Source of the DNA: Pelagomonas calceolata | Lineage: Eukaryota | Length of the DNA stretch: 64,000 nucleotides | Assembly (NCBI GenBank): GCA_918797485.1 | Contig: CAKKNE010000003.1 | Coordinates: 4,402,001 to 4,466,000 of the forward strand | Direction of reading: 5' to 3' | Part shown: positions 57,408 through 64,000 of the stretch, piece by piece | Layout: the number at the start of each line of letters is the position of its first letter | Numbering within the stretch: the first letter of the stretch is position 1 | Notes under the pieces: generated by a model | Seen by the model: the letters and a program-made list of their open reading frames with translations, nothing else | Database searches by the model: none | What the model was told of the DNA's origin: nothing | Position numbers and translations under genes: made by a program

Positions 57408-59584
57408 TCACTCGTCCACGAGGCTCCCGTGGCCGAGCGCGCCACCGGCGAGGAACCCACCGCTCTTGCCATCGGGCCCCGCGACCCAGAACGCGTATAA
57501 AGCCGCGTCCTCCAGGCGAAACTCGAACCGTATAGCGCGCTCCGCCAGATCGGACACCAGGAGGAGGCGCCGGCGCGTCGCGTCCGCCGGGCCCGTGATA
57601 TTTGCGGCGCGCCCGCAGAGCGGCGCTCCGGCGTCGCTGAGCACGCGCACTTTGAGACCACCCTTGACGTCGGCGTTGACCTGTGTGGAAATCAAATTTC
57701 GGACGCCCCACGCCATCGACGCGACGTCGTCCCCGTAGCTGCGTCTCCGCGATGGCGTGGCGATTCCACGCCATCGACGCGATGTTGCCTCCATTCCTGC
57801 GTCGGCTCGATGACGTGGAAACTAACTCACTGGTTGATTTTTCACACAGACGTTGACCCAGAGGTAACGGGGCCCTGATACGAAAGAGAACGCGAGCGGT
57901 CGCGTCGTCGCGGTGCCGTTCGTCGCTTGGAGGCGCGCGAACCCGTCCCGTCTCAAGGTGGCCAATGCCGTGCGCTCCTCGTAGTCCTTGTAGACGCTTT
58001 TCCCGCCGCCCTTCCCGAACCCGTACCCCACGTAAAAATAGAGCCTTTCTTCGCGCGACCCGAGGCCGGCGACGATGGGCGAGCCCGAGGCGAGCTGCAC
58101 GTTCCACCAGCCCTCGGGCACGTCCAGAAACGGCCGTCGATCGTCCGGCCGAGTGATGTGAAACCCGTCGCGCGAAAAGCCCACGTGGGCCGAGTTGTTC
58201 TTCAGTTCGCCGCCCACGGCCGGGCCGTGGAGGAGCGCGAGCCCGTGGACGAGGATTGACTCGTAGGCGACGCCGTCCACGTTGTACACGTCGCACTGCT
58301 CGAAGGCGCAGTCGTCGCGGTCGACGGCGAACCAGGGCACCTGTGTGGAAATCAAATTTCGGGCGCCCCACGCCATCGACGCGATGCTGTCCCCGTGACC
58401 GCGTCGGCTCGATGGCGTGGAGGCTCACGAAGGTCCACGCAATATTTCTCAGGATAACCTAACTCACTGGTTGACACACAGCAGGGCACCGCCGCGTCGC
58501 CCTCGAGCAGCGGCTCGCACTGGAAGTAGGCGCCGTAGAGGGGCCGGCCGCCGCGCATCGCGATCCGTCGCAGGGGCGCTTCGGCGTGGGGCGCCTCGAA
58601 GAGGCGCCGCGCCCGCATGTGGCGCGACGGCCCGCCGCGGCACAGGTTCTCGCGCAGGCTGAACGCCCAGACTGGATCCCGTCGGAGCGGGTTCAGGAAG
58701 AACGTCGAGCGGTCCGCGAGCACGCCCGGGCTCCGCCAACCGTCGCCCTTCGGGTTCGTCCACGCGAGGCCGTCCGCGGACACGTAGGGCGTGTACTCGC
58801 GGTAGCGCCGCCCGCCCGTCATGTACTCCATGCGCAACGCCACGAAGCGCGGCGGCGTCCTCAAAAAGTCGTAGGCCACCTCGAAGGCCTCGACGTGCGC
58901 CGTCGCGAGGACCACGTTCGTCCCGCGCGCGGGGCGCACGACTTTCGGCGAGCGCGGCCGCAGCGCTCGCCGGTCGGGCGCGGGCGAGAAGCTCGTCGCG
59001 AGCTTCGGCCGCTCGAAGCGGAGGCCGTCCCGGGACGTCGCCACGCAGGTCCGGCCGCCCGGGACCCCGTGGTAGGGCCCGCCGCGCCAGCCGCACCGGT
59101 ACCAGAGGAGGAGCCGCCGCCGCGCTGGGTCGTACAATGATCCGCCCCCAAACGGCCGCGCCGTGCGCATGCCCTTGCACCGGGCCTGGTGGCACGACGC
59201 GTCCATGCCCTGGTTCGGCGTCAATACGGCGGGGTTCTTGAGACGCAGGCGGCCCCAGGTCCGCGTGACGTTGCGCGTGCGGGCCCAGTCGACGAGGTAG
59301 TCGTCAACAAAAAGCTGCCTGCCGCCGTCGACCCGGCGGACGCCCGGAAGTGAGCAGTACGGCGGCGTATCAGGCGCCCGCGGCGCTTGCGGCGGGTCGC
59401 TCGCGACGCGGTTTATGAATTCGGTGTCGCGCGGCGGCCACTCGCGTGGTAACGTGATGCCGCTGCGCGGGTCGGCGTTCGCGGCGACGGGCGGTGCGCG
59501 TGGCGTCGTGTCGACGCACCCTGGAGCGGCCCAGGAGGCTAGGCACCCAACGACAGCCCAGGAGATACTGCGCGCACGCGTCAT
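57408..59584 (-). CDS. Secreted GH32/GH43-type beta-propeller glycoside hydrolase-like protein, interrupted by two introner introns
   Basis: Segments GRQLFVDDYLV, ATSRDGLRF, DRSTFFLNP, GFSRDGFH, ATLRRDGFA, LWVNAD and LYAFWV. The three ORF pieces join in frame after removing 58341-58489 and 57681-57857. Confidence 0.75.
57681..57849. mobile_element. Introner element (169 bp) forming an intron
   Basis: TIRs CTGTGTGGAAATCAA...TTGATTTTTCACACAG. 8-bp target duplication GCGTTGAC / ACGTTGAC (7/8 identical). Confidence 0.92.
58341..58481. mobile_element. Introner element (141 bp) forming an intron
   Basis: Same 5' end as the 57681 copy, ends ...CACACAG. Perfect 8-bp TSD CAGGGCAC at 58333-58340 and 58482-58489. 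Confidence 0.93.
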
Positions 59585-59839
59585 TGCGAGGTTGGGCTTT
59601 GTTACGCGACGTCTGAGATAGCGCGAGACTCAGCCGGGCCACTTTGCTTATTAGAGTGTGGAATGTCCCATGAGTTTGCATTTAATGTGTGGTGCTCTCA
59701 GATAGCGGCCTAGAGATGTAAGACACTAGCCCGGCTGGACCGCGCGCAAAACCCGTCGGTTAAGCTGAGGCTAGGCTAGGCTAGGCTCGGCAAAAACGCA
59801 GGAGTACGGGCAGGGACCAGAACTACACAACACGCCAGC

Positions 59840-61003
59840 ATGGCTGCATACGAGGGGGGCGCGCGCCGCCGCCCGCCGCCCCCTCTCAGCAAGCCGAGAG
59901 CCGCGCTCCTTGCCCTGGCGCAGCAGGACGCGGAACACTACCTGAGAGGCGCCGGCGCCGAAGGCCTGTCCGAGGCGATCCGCGCGGTCGCCGTCGCGGC
60001 GATCGAGGAATTTTCCGACGAAACGCGAGACCCCCGTAAGAGCTCCACCGGGCCCCCCGCGGCGAAGGTCAGCGCCGGGGCCGCGGGCGCGCATGCGCGG
60101 GTGGCGCACGCGCAGGCCGAGCGCATCGCCGCGCGGGACGCGCTCGCGGCGCGCGCGACCGACGACCCGCTGTCGTCGGCGCTGCTGCGCGCGGTGGCCG
60201 ACGAAATGCCGGCGCCGGCGACCGCGCCGCCGGCGCCCGCGGCGGGCCTGCGGCGCGGCCCGGCGCCGGACACCTTCGACGCGCGCGGCCTTCGCCCGCG
60301 AGCGACGGCGAGCGGAACCGGAGGCGCCCCGCCACCACGCTCACGGAGCGCGGGCCAGAACCCGTTCGCCGCGGAGCCCGGGGCCTTCGACGCGCCGCCG
60401 CTTGGCCAGAACCCGTTCGCCGCGGAGCCCGGGGCCTTCGACGCGCCGCCGCTTGGCCACGCCCCCCTCCGCGGGCCCACGGCTTCGGCCCCCCTCCGCG
60501 GCGTCGGCGGCGACCGCGAGCCGCGCAACCTGACGGAAATCGAGCGCGAGACGTGGCGGCGGCACGTCGAGGATCTGCGCCGGGGGCTCGAGGGCGACGC
60601 GGACGCGCCGGCGGCGGCGTACGCGTTCGGCGGCGTCTTCTCGTGCGAGATGTACGGCTCGTCCGAGCAGCGCGACCAACACGATGAGCTCTACACGGAG
60701 TACGTTTTGCGGTGCCGCTGGGGGCGCTCGGTCGACGCGACGCGGCCGTGGCTCGTGGGCCGCCGCTTTTCGGAATTCGCGGCCCTCGACGCCTCGCTGC
60801 GGGGCGCGTACCCGTCCCTGACCTTTCCGGCGCTGCCGTCCTCGTATGTCCTCTTCCCCTTGGACCCTGCGGTCGTCGAGGAGCGCGAGGCGGGGCTCGG
60901 CGCATACCTGGGCGCCCTGCTCCGCGACCTGCCCGAGCTGCTCAAGACGCGGCACGTCGACGAGTTCCTCCAGGTGTCCGCGCGGATCCGGGAGGTCCAC
61001 TAG
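59840..61003 (+). CDS. PX (phox homology) domain protein with duplicated NPF motif
   Basis: YTEY.L...W.V.RRFSEF.AL...L...FPALP...VVEERE.GL..YL is a PX domain. A 51-bp tandem duplication encodes GQNPFAAEPGAFDAPPL twice (~60353-60454). Confidence 0.8.
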   Translation: MAAYEGGARRRPPPPLSKPRAALLALAQQDAEHYLRGAGAEGLSEAIRAVAVAAIEEFSDETRDPRKSSTGPPAAKVSAGAAGAHARVAHAQAERIAARDALAARATDDPLSSALLRAVADEMPAPATAPPAPAAGLRRGPAPDTFDARGLRPRATASGTGGAPPPRSRSAGQNPFAAEPGAFDAPPLGQNPFAAEPGAFDAPPLGHAPLRGPTASAPLRGVGGDREPRNLTEIERETWRRHVEDLRRGLEGDADAPAAAYAFGGVFSCEMYGSSEQRDQHDELYTEYVLRCRWGRSVDATRPWLVGRRFSEFAALDASLRGAYPSLTFPALPSSYVLFPLDPAVVEEREAGLGAYLGALLRDLPELLKTRHVDEFLQVSARIREVH

Positions 61004-61433
61004 GTTGTTGTCTATGTGTTTGGTAGTATGCGGCACCGTTATCTTACTATTGCTATTTCGAAGATTTCGAAGCTCTCGGCAGTCTTGCAAAGCACCATAC
61101 CGCTTAGGACGGGAGTACAGCCTGAGGGTATGTGAGGTTTGCATCTTAGAATTGACTGCCCAGTAGTACATAGTTTCGGGAATGTAATTTATGTAATTTA
61201 GTATCATGCGGTAGCCGGCTAAGTATACTGGGTAGGCGTCTAGGGTGTTTGGCTGATTTTTCTGCCGGTCAGACTTGTGTCCGCTCGTCGCGAGGGGGTC
61301 GTTCCTGTCCAAGGGGGCTTGGAGGTGAGCGAGGCGCCACCCGCCGAGCGCTCCCGCCCGGGACTGGAGAAAAATCGACGGCGGGTGGGGAGCAGTATAT
61401 ATATAAGCGACGAAAAATTAGACGGGAGTGCAG

Positions 61434-63398
61434 CTAGGCGTACTCGTCGTCCGGCGCGGCCGCGGGGCCCTTGCCCATGGTGCGCCCGGCCTTCATGACC
61501 TCGTCCACCAGCAATAGCTGCGTCGCTAAGACGGTCGACAGGTGGAGGTACTGCTTCTTGACGCGGTAATTGTCCCAGACGCCTAGGGCCGCGGTGTCCG
61601 TGGCTTCTCCAGTAGCTAAATCGAGTCCGAGACACCCACCGGTCTTGATCCTAGCGTCCTGGACGTTCACGATCGCTTCCTGAACGTCGAGACCGGCGTT
61701 CTCCGCCAGGACCTTGGGCACGACCAGCAGCGCGTCCGCGTAGGCGTGGATGCCAAACTTCTTCTTGCCTCGGGCCGCTTCCGTTTTCGTGAACGTGTCC
61801 ACGAGCTCGGCAGCGGCGGCGACCTCAAACGCGCCGCCGCCCGGGACGACCTTGCCGTCCTCCAGCACGCCCGCGACCGCCCGCAACCCGTCCCGCACCG
61901 CGTCTTTGATTTGATCGATCGTATGCTTGTTCGGGCCTTTCAACAGCAAGGTGCAGGACTTCGGGTTCTTGACCTCGTCGATGAAGGTGTAGTTCTCCTC
62001 GCCCAGATTGACCTCGTAGAGCAGCCCGGTGTGGCCGAGGCAGTCCGGCTCGAGGTCGTCGAGGCAGTTCACCGCGGAGCCGCCGCACGCCAGGGCGATG
62101 CGCTCCATGTTCCGGCGCTTGGCCCGTCGACACGCCCAGATGCCCTCCTTGGCGAGCATGTCCAGGGAGAGGGGGTCGATGCCCTTTTGGTTGATGACGA
62201 CGAACGACTCGCCCTCCTTGCACACGCGGCGCTTGAACTCGATGACCTGCGGGGCGCGACCGGATTCGGCGGCGGCGGCGCGTCATCTCTCCGCCGGCGA
62301 TGCCACCGCCGCGACGGACAGGACGCCGCGGGGCGGACCTGCTTCACCTTGTCGTCCGTGAACTTGCGCTCGCTCTCGATGAGCCTCTCGCGCTGCTCCG
62401 CGTTCGAGTAGTAGAAGCCCGAGGCGACCTCGGACTTTTCGTACTCGAGCGAGACGTTGCACGTGAGGACGTGGCCTGCGCGGCGCGGCGCCGTCGCGCG
62501 ACCGCCGCGGCCCGCTCGCGATCGCGAAGACGTTTCGCACGAAGACGCGAGACCACGGAGACGCCATCGACGCGACCCCGTCCCGGTCGGGTCCGATTTC
62601 CGCGCCGCGTCGCCGACAGTTCGTGAGGCGCTTGGGCATGTCGGGGTGCCGCGACGCGTGGTCGAGCACCAGGCCTCGCACGAACCGGGAGTCGGCCCCG
62701 AGCTTGTGCTCCATGGTCATCACCTCGACCATGTGCAGGTCGACGGCCAAACTCCCCTCGTCGTCTTCGTCGCGCACCGTCAGGACGGCGTCCACGACGG
62801 CCCCGGTCATGAGGTCCGCGATCTTCGGCTGGAGCTTCGTCCGGAGCGCGGTCCGCGCGACGCTCTGGAGGAGCTCCCGCGGCGGATTCTTCGCGTCCAC
62901 GCCGACGGCGCACGCGTCGAGGATTTCGAGCGCCTTGTCCCGCGCGAGGTCGTAGCCCTCGGCGATGACGCGCGGGTGCATGCCCTCGCCGACGTATCGT
63001 TCCGCGCACTTCAGAAGTTCGCCCGTCAGCAACACCACGGACGTCGTGCCGTCGCCCGTGATTTCGTCCTGCGCGGTGGCGGTGCGCGCGATCATGGTCG
63101 CCGTCGGGTGCCTGCGTAGAGATCGACCGGCGAGCGTATGAGCGCCGACACGCTCCTGATCGAAAAATTGCGGCGCCGTCGGGCGCATGATCTGCATCTC
63201 CTTCAGGAGGACGGCGCCGTCCTTCGTGAGCTTGATCTGGCCCGCGCCGCCCACGAGCATCTTCAGCGTTCCTCTCGGCCCGAGGTTCGACTTGAGGACC
63301 GACGCGAGCCCTCGGCCGGCGGAGACGTTGACTAAAAGCGACTGGGACTTGGCCACGATCTCGGCGTTCGGGTTGACGAGTTTGGCCGCGGCGGCCAT
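61434..63398 (-). CDS. CCT6: T-complex protein 1 subunit zeta (introns 63112-63186 GC-AG, 62476-62617, 62247-62338)
   Basis: Motifs [53 protein letters not shown] and [11 protein letters not shown]. Confidence 0.96.
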
Positions 63399-63828
63399 GG
63401 CGCAAAGAATTGCCCGGCGCGTCTGTCTTCCTCGGGCGTCGCTTTCTTAGAGCGCTGCGAACCACAGCCGCTAAATGCGCAGCTGCAGGCTGCCAAGTGA
63501 ATAAGAGGTCTCAGCAAAACCCCCCTCCCCAACCCGCACGGACATAATGTGGGCTTCACTAGCGTTCATGCACATTAGCCCGGCTTTTCGCCCCTAGTGG
63601 GTTGCCCCCTCCCTCCAAAAAAAACCGCCGCGAAAAAAGATGGTACAACGATATGTTCTATAAGCAAAGGTGAACTTTGCCCGGCCATCGGCGGCCCGGG
63701 ACTCGGACAACGAGACGCCTCGGAGTGTTTTTATTATAAACTGGTTTGCGGTGTAGCGTCGTTAGACACCCAATGTATAGTCTCAAATTTCGAGAGTGAG
63801 AGATACATATCTAGGGTAGGAAGGGCAG

Positions 63829-63905
63829 TACCTCGGTACTTGCTGGTACCGTAGGTACCGTGGTACGTCCCCTCCATACGCAGGTATGAACGTACCGTGG
63901 TACCG
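63829..63905. promoter_or_regulatory. GGTACC motif cluster between the CCT6 5' end and a possible + strand start at 63982
   Basis: GGTACCGTAGGTACCGTGGTAC and GTACCGTGGTACC. Confidence 0.45.
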
Positions 63906-64000
63906 AGTGCCGCAGGCGCGGCAGGCACTGTTCAAGGAGCTCACAGATTATAACACAAAAAAACACACAACACGCTCCGACATGGAACGGGTGAAAATTT

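Noticed and set aside
53027..63827. 20-bp ATATCTAGGGTAGGAAGGGC shared at ~53027 and ~63808
   Set aside because: Only two short copies, with no TIR/TSD or function assignable.

Overview
This is GC-rich, gene-dense eukaryotic nuclear DNA. It is most likely from a photosynthetic stramenopile of the pelagophyte type (inference from short spliceosomal introns, frequent GC donors, bipartite plastid-targeting N-termini, and TIR/8-bp-TSD introner elements). About 24 protein-coding genes are supported: a partial ELO elongase, a double sulfotransferase-like protein, ATG8, several secreted glycosyltransferase-like proteins, TPR/Mlp1, a DHX37-like helicase, ATAD2/Yta7, UEV/MMS2, aspartokinase-homoserine dehydrogenase, chlP, a rhomboid, a phosducin-like protein, a KDEL 2OG-Fe(II) oxygenase, an EF-hand/ankyrin protein, RNase H2A, a tandem secreted kinase-like protein, a bacterial-like GH32-type propeller, a PX-domain protein and CCT6. 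AT-richer intergenic islands hold TE debris: a TRIM-like copia derivative, a MITE, LINE 3' ends, and SAP-Myb and AP2 pseudogenes. Four signals stand out. (1) An introner family makes introns here, with young copies in the GH32-like gene and apparently decayed relatives in other genes. (2) A palindromic GGTACC/GGTACCGTA motif cluster sits 5' of genes six times. (3) A TG/CA/CG->TA hypermutation signature resembling fungal RIP marks the repeats and seems to leak into gene ends. (4) A 100-bp inverted-repeat pair encloses ATG8 and a Myb pseudogene. Exon/intron boundaries were inferred by eye from reading frames and have no transcript support.
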